Made by a program: the position numbers and the translations under genes. The notes beneath the pieces are model-generated. The model worked only from the letters and a program-made list of their open reading frames with translations, was not told the DNA's origin and ran no database searches. A DNA stretch of 64,000 nucleotides from Lama glama (Eukaryota). The stretch lies in assembly GCA_028534125.1 (NCBI GenBank), contig CM052817.1:23872001-23936000 (forward strand). Reading direction: 5' to 3'. Positions 1 to 11,845 of the stretch are shown in pieces (position 1 is the stretch's first letter; every line of letters begins with the position of its first letter).

Positions 1-688
1 CTAAACTCTGATTTCATACCCTGATTCCATCTGAATTCTTAGCCTTGGGTTCACCTTTTACCTCCTTCCTGACATGGTGCACCTGGACTGATCACTAGCT
101 AATTTGCTCTCTGTAATACAACCTCTGGACAATCACTCACTGATTATCCCAAAGGGCAGCTGAGAGCAGTGTACAACCAAGAGGTCCCAGGGCACAATCA
201 CAGCTCTAGCCTGGAGGGGATACTATTTAAAAAAGTACTTATCTTTTCTACCATGGTCAAGATGACCTCTAGCATTTCCTTCACATTAGAATGAATAAGC
301 CTGAATGCTTGTACCTGACTTTGTGCTAATTTGCTAGGTGATCTTGGGCCATCCCTTCTCTCTGGGGTCTTATTTTTTCCACATCTGCAAAATGAGGATG
401 TTGGAAAATGTAACACCTAGCATCCATCCATTGTGATAGCCTTTGACTGCCCTCACAATCTAATCATATGTGTTTCCGGGTATTTCCTCTCTCATTACCC
501 TATTCTTTTTCTTCACAGCATGCCGCACTTGCTATATTTATCGTCACTCAGCTGTTTATGGTCAGTCTCCCCTACACAAGATCACTCTAATGAATAAAAG
601 AAGGACATCTACTTTTTACTACAAGTCTATCCTTAGCACCTAAAAATGAATTCAGCAGTTAGTAAGTATGCAATAAATGTCTATTCAC

Positions 689-1705
689 CAAGAACACTCA
701 ATGGGGAAAGGATAGGCTCTTCAACAAATGATGCTGGGAAACTGAGTAAGTACACGCAGAAAATGAAACTGGTGCCCTCTTACACCAAACACAGAAATTA
801 ACTGGAAATGTATTAAAGACTTAAACATAAGACCGGATTCCGTAAAACTTTAGAAGAAAACATAAGTGGTAAGCTCTCTGACATCAGTCTTGGCAGTGAT
901 TTTTTGGATATGACACGAGAAGTACAAGCAACAAAAGCAAAAATCAGTAAGTGGAACTTCATCAAACTAAAAAGCTTCTGCAGAGCGAAACAATCAACAA
1001 AATGAAAAGGCAACCTACAGCATAAGGGAAAAATCCCTGCACACGGTACATTGGATAAGGGACTAACAACCAAAATATATACAGAACACATATAACTCAA
1101 TTAAAAACCAATAAACAATCCAATTAAAGAACAGGCAGAGAAACTAAATACAAATTTGTTTTCCAAAGAAGACATCCAAGTGGCCAACGGGTACATGGAA
1201 AGATGTTCAACATCACTAATCATCAGGAAAATGCAAATCAAAACCACAGTGAGATACTGCTTCTGCCTGTTAGAATGGCCGTCACAAGAAGACAAGATTT
1301 AACAAGTGCTGATGAGGACATGGAGAAAAGGGAACCCTTGTGCACTGTTAGTGGGAACATAAATTGATTCAGCCACTATCAAAAAACAGTGTAAAGAGTC
1401 CACAAAAACATAAAAATACAACTATCATATGATCCAGCAATCACACTTCTGGTATATGTACAAAGGAAATGAAAACAGGATATCGAAAAGGTATCTGTAT
1501 TCTCATGCTTATTACAGCATTATTCACCATAGCCAAGACATGGAAACAACCTAAGAGTCCATCAGTGACAGAACAGATAAAGATGTGGTGTATATGTATC
1601 TGTGTGTGTGTATCTATAGATATATAGGTCTATATATACACACACATACAATGGAGTATCACTCAGCCTTGAGAAAGAAAGGAATCCTACCATTTGCAAC
1701 AACAT
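689..1705 (+). mobile_element. LINE-1 fragment (end of ORF2, degenerate; L1MA-like)
   Basis: Typical L1 ORF2 3' sequence (ctcttcaacaaatgatgctggg, catcaaactaaaaagcttctgcagagc, gatccagcaatcacacttctgg, ccatttgcaacaacat) with frameshifts. Confidence 0.92.
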
Positions 1706-1706
1706 A

Positions 1707-2076
1707 TGTATAATTTACATATAACAACACTGTGTAAGTTTAAGGTGTTCATCCTGCTGATTTGATATATTTACATATTATAATATGAATACCACTGTAG
1801 CTTTAGCTAACACCTCTATCACACTACATAAGTATCATTTCTTTTTTGTGGCAAGAACATTTCAGATCTAGCCTCTTAGCAATTTGGAGCATATAATACA
1901 GTATTGTTGACTATAATCACTCTATTGTGCATTAGATCCCCAGAACTTATTTATCTACTAGTTGTAAGTTTGTGTCCTTAAACAATATCTCCCCAATTCT
2001 CCCACCTCCCAGCCCCTGGTACCCATCATTCTACTCTCTGTTTCTACAAGTTTGGCTTTTTAGATTCCACATATAT
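1707..2076 (-). mobile_element. LINE-1 3' UTR fragment (L1MA8/9-like), inverted relative to the adjacent L1 piece
   Basis: Reverse-strand L1 3' end motifs (cattagatccccagaacttatt, cagcccctggtacccatcattctactctctgtttct, tttttagattccacatat). Confidence 0.88.
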
Positions 2077-2098
2077 TATGTTATGTTTCACTGGTTAC

Positions 2099-2281
2099 CT
2101 TATTTAATTCTTCTTTGGTGAGAGATGCCAAAAATGTTTTTCTGAATCTTCCTTCTTTGTACTTCTGAGTGATAAAGGTTTTTCTCTTTTCTACTGGTGA
2201 GTCCATGTGTAATTCTTCATCTTTTTGAAGATTACCAGCCCAAAAGTCATTTGCTCTTTTGTTTCCAATGACAATAAAAAG
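2099..2281 (-). CDS. ARAP2: ARAP2 exon 13 (183 nt), C-terminal ArfGAP; gene continues beyond the left edge
   Basis: aattcag|CTT...AAG|gtaacc. Translates LFIVIGNKRANDFWAGNLQKDEELHMDSPVEKRKTFITQKYKEGRFRKTFLASLTKEELNK. Phases 0 to 0. Confidence 0.96.
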
Positions 2282-3051
2282 CTGAATTATCAAAAAATTA
2301 TAAAACACATCAGCTCATAAAATGCGTTTGAATCCGCAGAAAACTTACTCACAATACAAACTGAAATGTAGCTAGTAGAAAATATGCAAAAAGACAAGAA
2401 AGACCCAACTCTTTTAGGAAGATGGAGTGTGAAAGCAGATACTATTTGTATTTTAAATATAGTCTAGATGTTTTTAATAATGGTAGAAGATTAGCTAGGA
2501 AAGAAATTGCAAGCAACGCAAATTGCAGCAAAAGCATCATTACTTTTCGAAGCTAGCTCACATTGAGACAGAGTCATTTAAAATGACTGAGTAGGTGGGC
2601 TAATGTGGTTGATTGATAGTGGCATCGAAATCTTAGCAGAGAATGGATGCAGGAGACAGCAAGTTAGACACGATCACAGTTAATGACAGAGTGTGGCCGT
2701 GATAGAGAAAGTCGATTTTGCCAAAAGTTTTCATTCACTTTTCTGATATTTTATCCATGCTGGCTTAAAAAAGAAAGAAAGTAAATTCTGGCTTTAAAAA
2801 GAGCTGCCAAGCCTTTAAAAGTAGTTATTACTATGAAAGCTTCTTTTATTTTATTTTTTTATTTTTAAAATAACTACCTCATTTAGGAAGCGTTGTTAAA
2901 GTTAAAGCAGGAAGTTACTACTACTAAACAGGCTATAAGCCATTTTTATAATATGGTGAGAACTTGATCAGAGAGCTCCTATAGTAACCACACCGCCCCA
3001 CTGCACACCCCCTCCCGGGCCTCTGCTGACCATCAGTCAGGTTGGACTTAC

Positions 3052-3137
3052 CTCAATGAGTTCGTTGCTCCAAATGCTGGCATCCATTTTCAGACTCCTA
3101 ACCTTGGAATCTTTTGGTCCTAAAGATCTATGTTGCC
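3052..3137 (-). CDS. ARAP2: ARAP2 exon 12 (86 nt), ArfGAP with catalytic arginine
   Basis: acttcag|GG...GAG|gtaagt. Translates GQHRSLGPKDSKVRSLKMDASIWSNELIE, completing CxxC-x4-R. Phases 1 to 0. Confidence 0.97.
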
Positions 3138-3914
3138 CTGAAGTAAAAAAACAGTTGTATTTCTATTTTATTTTGTATATAGATGTATTTTACCTTAAAA
3201 AAAGGTGTATATGTATGTGTACATGTATGTGTGGATTAATGTATCTTTTCCGCTTAAACCAATATCTACTTTCCACCTTACAGCAGTGGTGGTAATCATA
3301 CAAACATTGTAACCAACCATCATGAAGACAACAGTAACTGCCTTCATCACCACGTATTGGTATGAAACTACACTTTTAAAAGTGTGTGTGTATGCATGTG
3401 TGTGGGTATGCTCTTATATATACACATACATATAGAGAGAGAGAATTTTTTCATTGTTTGATAATTAACTAGAAATTGTAGTTAACTGAAAACATTTTAT
3501 AATGGGACTATGTAAGTTACATATATATGAATAAAGATATTATCCCTTTACTCTTAAACAAAAACTAGCTTCAACTCTAATCAATGTGTACTTAAACATC
3601 TGAAGTATATTCTTTATTGTACTGTTATGCCTGGAAGAGAGTAACAGCCCAGCAACCTATGATCATCAATTTAATTCTGCTGTATAGATCATCCCTCAGC
3701 CATTACTGGGCACCCAGGCATATGTCAGACTCTTTTTCTCTAAGCTGAGAAGGAAACAAGATATAAAAGACATCACCATCAATCTTAAGGACCTTTTGCC
3801 TGATAAACATGAGAAAGCTCATTCCTTTCTCTACATTAGGTAGGTTCCTTACCTCCCTTCTTTGAGACAGAAACTACTCACAGCACAAAGCCCTGGAATT
3901 TGAATAGGTTTGCA

Positions 3915-4173
3915 TTTATGGATGCTCAAGTTTCTTGTATAAAATAGCCATAGTAATTGCATATAATTTACACACATCCTCCAGATATTTTTAATTATTC
4001 CTAAATTATTTAAAACACCTAATTAGACAATGTAAATGTTGTGTAAATAGTTGCCATTGTGAGGCAAATTCAAGTTTTGCTCCTTGGAACTTTCAGAAAT
4101 GTCCAAATATTTTTGATCCACAGTTGGTTGAATCCAAGGATGGGGAACCCGTGGATATGAAGGACCAACTGTA
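3915..4173 (+). mobile_element. MER2-like DNA transposon (TcMar-Tigger), 5'-truncated
   Basis: ggatgctcaagt...tataaaat...atatttttgatccacagttggttgaatcc...ggaacccgtggatatgaaggaccaactg followed by TA. Confidence 0.8.
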
Positions 4174-5254
4174 CTCACATAAAGAGTGAGTAAGTGATGG
4201 GGGTGAGGATCATAAGTGAGGAAAGAAAGGGAGCTTAAGTAGAAAGAACAGCCTTGGGCAACACAAAGGCTCTGTCTTCCAATGAGAGCGAAGAGGAGAA
4301 AAGGTTAGGGAAAAATACAAAGTTGGGGAGGACTAACTGATGCTTCGTGTTGTTACTGATGCTGCTGATGTTGTTAATTAGCTCATGAGGACATCTTTCT
4401 TACGATGAGAAATGGGGTAGCACAGAGCTCTAGAAGAGTCTTAAGGGTTTGAAGCAACTGTCTTGTCTTTGCTCTGAGGCAGGAGCTCGTCCTCTGTATT
4501 CTCTCAATGAAGCCTGTGCTCAACTCTGTTCTTGCCTTTACCGTATCCTGTCTAATAGATTTTTTCGTCCTGTCTTATAGATCTTTTCTAATTCCCAGGG
4601 CCACCACAGTACCAGATAGTGCTGCAAAGCTGAAGTAAAGTTTAGATTGTAGCTAACTTCCTACAAGATGCCCAAAATCACATACCTAAGCTGGGGTCCA
4701 CTCCCCCAACTCACGTGGACAACTGTCTATAAGGTGTAAGGTCATAGTAAGAAAACCAGTCATAGTACTGGTTACTTTCATCAACTTCAATATACCTAGA
4801 AAATGCTTCTGTATAAAAATTCTCATCATAAGAGATACCAGACTTTGTGTAACCAGATTAGAACACAGAGCAGCCTTGACGTAAAAAATAGGTCTTACAA
4901 AACACGATTGGGGAAAAAGGGCTAAATCATACAAACAGCCAGCGTTTTCAGGGTGCTTCCTGAAACACACTCACCTCAATTCTAAAAACTTCAGCATGTC
5001 TTTTTAAAATACATACACAGACCAGTAGGCACACACACAAAAATGACTACATGCTTAAAAATCAATTTTTATATCTAAGTCATGCATAAGAGAAGTTTAG
5101 AATGATATTTCTAACTTTGATTTAAATGTAATAAGCTTTCTCTGTTTCTCTATTTCCCAGCCATTAGCTGGGACACATTATACGTGACAATAAAGAGCAT
5201 TCAGTGCCAATCGGCCACCCAACAGTGATGAGCATAAAACTTATCACTAATTAC

Positions 5255-5454
5255 CTGCACACTTCTTACAGATGACAACACAGAGATTGATGGATGCCCA
5301 GTCGGGATCCGGGGCTTTACAATCTGCACAGCTCCTGTTGGACTCATTGAACCAAATCTTCTCGGCTACTTCATAATCAGAGAGAGTTTCTGCTATCGAT
5401 TGCTGCACAGCTTCAATCCACTCTTGTTTCTCTTTTTCAGACTCGGCTGTAAAG
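5255..5454 (-). CDS. ARAP2: ARAP2 exon 11 (200 nt), PH2 helix and ArfGAP zinc finger
   Basis: gtttcag|C...GCAG|gtaatt. Translates FTAESEKEKQEWIEAVQQSIAETLSDYEVAEKIWFNESNRSCADCKAPDPDWASINLCVVICKKCA, containing CxxC-x16-CxxC. Phases 2 to 1. Confidence 0.97.
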
Positions 5455-6396
5455 CTGAAACAATTAACATTTCTGCATTATCGATCTCCCTCGTAAAGGC
5501 CAATTAAGCAGCCTGTTCAGTTTGCATATTCATTTCACTCACAAATTAAATAGCAGCTGAAAAATATGCCTTCCAGGCAGTTGGATAGTCTTTCCTGCTA
5601 AAAATCATCTCATTGAAAAAGCTGGGGTTTTTTCCTTTAACTTTCTACACTGCTTATGACTTTGTTTACATTATCTTGAACCAAAATTAACATAAACATT
5701 TTTCTGACCAGGATATAAAAACTGCCTTGTTAGGTCAAAAACTTAACAGAGGCTGTGTTTCCTAAGCCATAGTTATATGATAATCATTAAGACACTGGCA
5801 GAGCTTCAGGACTTGTAGATTATTCTGCCAAGAAAGTATGCCATAGTCTGAAGCTACATTATTAAAAACACCCACCAGAAATTGTGGGGTTTTTTCAGTC
5901 TTAAAAATAGATTCTTTTTTTTTTAATTAGCAGAATGTCCAGATGGCTTTAAGAAACTGAGAAATCAAGAAAGTTTTAAGTGATTACTATGCTAACAGAA
6001 TTCTAACTCATTTTTAGCCATGTTCTGATTTATTCTAATTCTTAGTGTTTACTGGGTGCCTGAGAAAAGGAATAAAACATTAAAACATCAGTTCACTCCT
6101 TCAAGAAATATTTACTGAGTACCTACAAATGTAGCAGAAAGTACACTACAGTTAGGGCTTCCAAACTCAGTGAACCACAAAATGATGCTTCACATTGAAA
6201 TTTTCTGTTCTGAAGATGACAATGCGTGGAGAAATAATGAAAACAGAAGACTAACAATTCTACACAATCTATAAAGAAACTGAGTGGCCTACATGGGTTA
6301 TATTTCTTGAAGCACTCTATGTTCCATCACTGTAATATTTACAAATTCCTTAGTGGTTTCCTGCCTCTTCATAGAGACTGGTCAGAGCCCATATGG

Positions 6397-7125
6397 TACA
6401 ATGCAAGATAGATATTTGATTTTAGTCCCTGCTCCCTGGTATACAGTTCCCTAAAGCTCTTGCAATCCCCTGAGTGATAAAAGCCTTTTGTATGCTGATG
6501 AGATAGCTTGTGGCTGAAGGCTACGCAGCTTCAGGATGGGAGCTGGTCACCCTGAGACCAAGATGTGATTAGAGTTGGAACTTTCAACCAGCCCTACCCT
6601 GGGAAAGGGAGAAAGGCTGGTGACTAAGTTAATTACCAATTGCCAAGAATGTCATCAGTCTTGCCTATGAAATGAAACTTCCATAAAACCCCCTATACAA
6701 CAGGGTTCAAAAAGCTTTCAAGTTGATGAACACACTGAGGGGCTGGCAGGATGGTGCACCCAGGGAGAACTTGGAAGCCCTGTACCACAAGTCCCTCTTA
6801 TAACAAGCTGGTAGTAATAATTGAACTGCTTTCCTGAGTTCTGTGAGCCATCCTAGTAAATCATCAAACCTGGGGGAGAGAGGGTAATGGGCACCCCAAT
6901 TTGTATCTATGCTGGACAGAAGGATGGGTAACCTGAGGACCCAACAGGGGTGACTGGTGCAGGAAATGAGTACAATCTTGTGGGACTGAGCCTTTAAACC
7001 TGTGAGGTCTGCTACTCCCTCTAGGTGGTGGAGTAGCAGTGAATTTAAGACACCCAGTTGGTGCCTGGACAGTTGGAGAATTGCTGGTATGAAGAAAAAC
7101 GGCACATATCTGGAGTAATATGAAG
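6397..7125 (+). mobile_element. MER21-family solo LTR (ERVL class)
   Basis: Recognisable MER21 blocks (gcttcaggatgggagctggtcacc, tgattagagttggaactttca, aatcttgtgggactgagcctttaaacctgtg). Boundaries approximate. Confidence 0.8.
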
Positions 7126-8032
7126 CATTATAAGTAAAAACAGCTTAGGCAATGTCTACATTTTCTACAGAGGCTTGAATCTCCATCTGTGTAAATAAAG
7201 CTTGTTTTCTTTCTTAAAATTTGAGCCAGTAAGCCTGTTTTAACAGATAAAATGAGTACCAGATTTGGTAGTATTTCTGAAATTGCTAAGTACTTCTTGG
7301 TCCTTCCAAAGCCCTCTGACAACTGCCTCTGATCAGCTGGTGGCATGCTGATTATTTGTGGCAAATGAATTAACGTGGTTGAACTTAACAGACACTGATT
7401 ATGGCTCTTGTGTACACTAAAGCTATGGAGTCACTGTAGATTATTAACATGTATGAAGAACATACCATAAGTTTTGTGTTTCAGCATCACAATAAAGCAA
7501 TGAGTAGGATGCTCATAATACAAAATATGTATCAATAAGTGCTGTGAGATCTACTAAACTCAGCATCATTTTAAGCTGCAGTTCCTTTTAGGAAACCATG
7601 GAGCAATTGTAATTAGTTCATTGTGATCTTAAAGGAGACACTGTATTTGATTAGGCTAAAAGTGGGTAAAATAACAACACAGCTTAAAGACAATGTAATA
7701 TCCCTTTTCATTTTATTCCTTCAAAATGAAGTATTTTTTCATATATTTGTAGATCAACAAATTAACATACTCACCAAGCCCACTAAGAAAAAGAAATACT
7801 ACAAAAAGAAACCTCAGATCTCATGAAATTAGTATCTTTACAGACTGCATGATTATTCAAGTCACTTTTACAAGGAGCTTTTACGTACTGGCTAATAAAT
7901 TACAGGACATAAAAAAGAACATAATTTTATTAAGTGTCCTGTAAGAAATAACGTCACCACTGGCAACGTAGGAGTGGATCACCCGAGCTTTCCTGCAGTA
8001 GTATAAACACAGAACGTTTAAATATAACTTAC

Positions 8033-8148
8033 CTAAAACTCCTGTAGGGAGTGATTATTTCAAAAGACTGTTTCACGGTTCGGTCCACTTGCTTTACATT
8101 TGCTACATTCATAGGAATTATGGTAATACCAAGTCCACTCTTAAAATC
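8033..8148 (-). CDS. ARAP2: ARAP2 exon 10 (116 nt), PH2
   Basis: aaactag|GAT...TTAG|gtaagt. Translates DFKSGLGITIIPMNVANVKQVDRTVKQSFEIITPYRSF. Phases 0 to 2. Confidence 0.96.
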
Positions 8149-9169
8149 CTAGTTTGGAGAAAAAAGAATTATAAAGAAACAAAAATATGGATTTTGAAAG
8201 TACAATTACATTCTCTAAAATCTAATAAATCCTATTAAATTTTCTACTGTATTTATGGAATTCATTCATTAAAAAATGAATTGAGAGTGACTTTCTTATT
8301 TTAGGTAGTCATTTTCAACATATGATAACACAGTAGCATTTGAAGCCTGACAGTCAGGCTATTAATAAGGGATGAGTTTTTTTTCACATGAAACACAGGC
8401 TGACTAGGACGAGATCGTGAACTCCACATGCCTTGTGTTTAAAAGTTAGGCACGTTTTCACCTTTAGCCACTCAGTAAAGGGAACTAATAGTGAACTAAC
8501 CCTTACCATGTGCCCAGCAGGTTTCTAGGTGGTGGAGCCAAATGACACTGCGAGGTTGGCATAGTTGCTATTTATATGAAAAGAAGGGAAAACCAAGGCT
8601 CAAAGGAGTACAGTACAGTGGAAAGAACAGCTGGCCATACAGGGGAGGAAGGGGCTGAGACGCAAGCCAGCGAACCGCTCGCTCTTTGTCTTAGTACGTG
8701 GTGTCACCTCTGCTGTCATGTGATTTTTCTCGTTTGCTCTCAAACAAAAGCCTTACTTGTTTTACAATTTTATCTCATTGCCACCATTTTGTTACTTTCC
8801 TCTTCCTTCAATTAGATTCATAGGAAGCTCCTCTAATGCTATTTTCGTATGAAAATTGTTCAACAGCCACTGTGTTCAGCTTGTGTCACCAAAATTAGAG
8901 ACTGTTCCGAAGGCTACAGAGCCTGCCTTCAGAAAGCACTAAAGTTTGCAATGTATTATCTAGTCATAATGGTTTTGGAATTTGATTTATCAATCTTACA
9001 CCTTAAAGTATACCTAATTTGTAGCTCAAAAAATGAATTATGTAGGTGAACAGGTTCAGTGTGCTCTGAATTCCTAAATTATGATTGGGAAAAAGTAGCC
9101 AGACTACAGATGATTGCACAAAATATCGGTCCACTTTTGGTAAGGACCCTTCAGGCAAAAACAATTCAC

Positions 9170-9632
9170 AGGCCTTCTTCTCTTTGTCTCCCCTGCTGTA
9201 GAGGCTAAAAGTACAAGTTCTATTTTCCCATCTCCCTTGTAGCTAGGAGGGGCCATCTGTCATAGTTTTGGTCAATAAAATATACACAGTTTCCAGCCTA
9301 GGGGGCAGGAGGTTGATGGGAGGCTATGGAGGGACAAATCTTGGGAGAAAGACTTCCACCCTTGGCCTTTCCATCTTCCTGGGAAATCACATCTAGAAAC
9401 ACAGAAGCCATTTTAGAACATAAGGATCCTTGAGAAGAAAAGCCTGAGGACAAATTCTTGCACTCTAAGGATGCCAGAGTGAGAAAAAAAAAAAAAAGAA
9501 GACTCTTGTTCCCTGGTGGTATCAACTCCCCATGAGTGATACCAAGAGATCTTGTTAAAACAAATAACTCCCTATCTATGTAAGTTAGCCTTCAGGTTTT
9601 TGTCATTTGATACAAGTGTATTCCTGACTGAT
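9170..9632 (+). mobile_element. Old MaLR LTR (MLT1-like)
   Basis: ttcccatctcccttgtagctagg, agaagccattttagaacataag and a terminal tattcctgactgata resemble MLT1 LTRs. Highly diverged. Confidence 0.55.
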
Positions 9633-11684
9633 AAAATAAGTGGAATAAAACAATGTTATAACAAATTTCCCCCACTTGTAAAGAGTTTCCAGGCACAAAT
9701 TGCAGAAAAAGTTCACTTAATTTTTTTTTAAAATGTGCAAGGTTTTTGTTGGGATTAGGAAATGATCCATATATAAAATAAATCATCAATTGAAAACGAT
9801 TTTTTTTATGATGAAAGAACAAATGGCTCATTTTGTTAGAAGAAACAAGCCAGAAACTGAGTCAGCGATAGAAAAGATACAGAGACATGCTAAGTGGTGT
9901 GAAATACTTAGAAGAATGTGATACATTTTCACTTTGAATCATAAGCCCCACTTAACAAAAAATAGTACCTAGGGTGCTCTATATTCCAATCCACCCCATT
10001 TTATTAAGTTTTAGCAGTGGTATAGTGTTAGACTTATAATTATTAAATTAAATTTAAAAAATTCTCCATTATCTATACCAATGGTCCTGCTGGATAACGC
10101 AACTGTTGGAGAAACTCCGAAAGCATGTCATTGGAAACTCAAATTCTCCCTTAAAAATGAAAATAAAGTAGGGGTAGCAAAGTAAGATATTTTAAAAACA
10201 GCTTTCTGATGGCCCAGCTTGATACAAGGGTACCTGGAGAATAAAACAGTTACCCTGCATCTCCTTCAAACAACCCTCGGGGCGAAGCTTCTGACAAGAG
10301 CTGGGTATCGGATTACGCCCGGTTGTTGCTCTCTCATGGGGCCTGGCCTGCAGGTGCTGTGTGTTACTCAGGGCGGAGACAAATGCTCAGACCATCAGAC
10401 TAGCAGGGGGGTGGACTGACAACCTTTATGGAAACTGATGAGCCTCATCATGGCTCCGGTCCTAATAGATGGCGCCTCACTTCTACAAGAAGGTGTGCAA
10501 AATCTACTTATAAAGCTGCAACTTTCGTTAAAAATAAAATAAGTCAGGGTCGGCTCAAGGCCCCAGATTTCTCCCAAGCAAGGCAAGGATGATTTTTCAG
10601 CCTGGAAAGAGAAAACTGTAACCCATTCATCAGCTGCTTGCCATGGCCATATGGTTTTGGGTAATTAGAGTAGCCACTGAACTCACCGGCACAAATGGAC
10701 TGTAAAATGTACAGCAGAGTAGCAAAATAAATGTCAGTGCTCTCGAGAGCTATCAAATATGAAACAACTGCATTTCTGATTGAAAATATTTGTGGTGACA
10801 GTAAGCCATCTTTCCAGACAGCATTTAGAACAGATGTAGAATACAGCTCAGTCCTAGATGCCCATCAAAGTCACCTGTGTTAATCTCACCCTGCCACCCC
10901 GAGACTCCGATTCCATGAATCAGAGGGCAGAACCTAGGAATCTTCAGTTAAAAACAACTACAACCCTATGATTCTCATATGTAGCAAATACTGAGAAACA
11001 CTGACTTAGATAGCAGAACCAGCTGCAGACTCTAAACAGTATGAGTCTGCAGCATTTAAATATCAGGATATAAACATTTCTCTCTGCCTTCTGCAGAGCA
11101 AACCAAGCAGGTAATCAGATTACACAAGACCCACTTGAAATTATTAGGACTACTGGTTAAAACTGGCTGGTCAGAACACAGTGTCACACTGGACTGTCAA
11201 GAAACTATCTGTTCTAGGTGCCAACCCTTGTGCCAACATCCAGAGGCTTTAAAACCACCGTTCTTCCTCAAGCATATATACTGCATAACTGATTTAATAT
11301 CTGTGTAGTGCTCTGAAGCTTACAAACAGCTATGATCTCTCATTTGATTCTCAGAACAATTCTTTGAAGAAGGCAGAGCAGATACAGCCATTTTCAAAAT
11401 GAGAAAATCTGTCCTGGAGAAAACCATGTTTAGTAAGTACGAAGCAAGTGCCCCAAATTATGCTAGGTCCTGGGTCTGCACAGAAGCAGGGCACTCACCT
11501 TGGGGAAGCGTACAGTCTAAGTAGGGAATGAGACAGAACTGTAATAAATGCAACAGAAGGAAAATGCACGGTGTAGGGTAAGCACCGAAACAACCCGGAG
11601 ACTTGTGTTCATGCGCCGCTTTGCGAAGAATGCAAGGGACACTTGACCGGACAGACAACAAAACCCAGACCAGCCTGATCAGGA

Positions 11685-11845
11685 CTACCTCTCTGGCTTC
11701 AGTTCACCTGTCTGCAGAATGAGGGTAACAGTAGTACTGACTGCATCAGTGTGTGTGAGTTAAGTTAATACCTAAAATACACTTAGAGGAATGCCTGGCG
11801 CAGTAAGCACTGCATCGGCCCCGTAGCTATTGTTATTACTATTAT
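11685..11845 (+). mobile_element. MIR SINE
   Basis: MIR core (ttcagttcacctgtctgcagaatgagggtaacagtagtac) and 3' end (tgcctggcgcagtaagcact...tattgttatt). Confidence 0.75.

Noticed and set aside
813..1295. Minus-strand ORFs of 95 and 64 aa
   Set aside because: Antisense readings of degenerate L1 sequence.
6707..7105. 132-aa ORF
   Set aside because: Lies within the MER21 LTR, with no recognisable gag, pol or env similarity.
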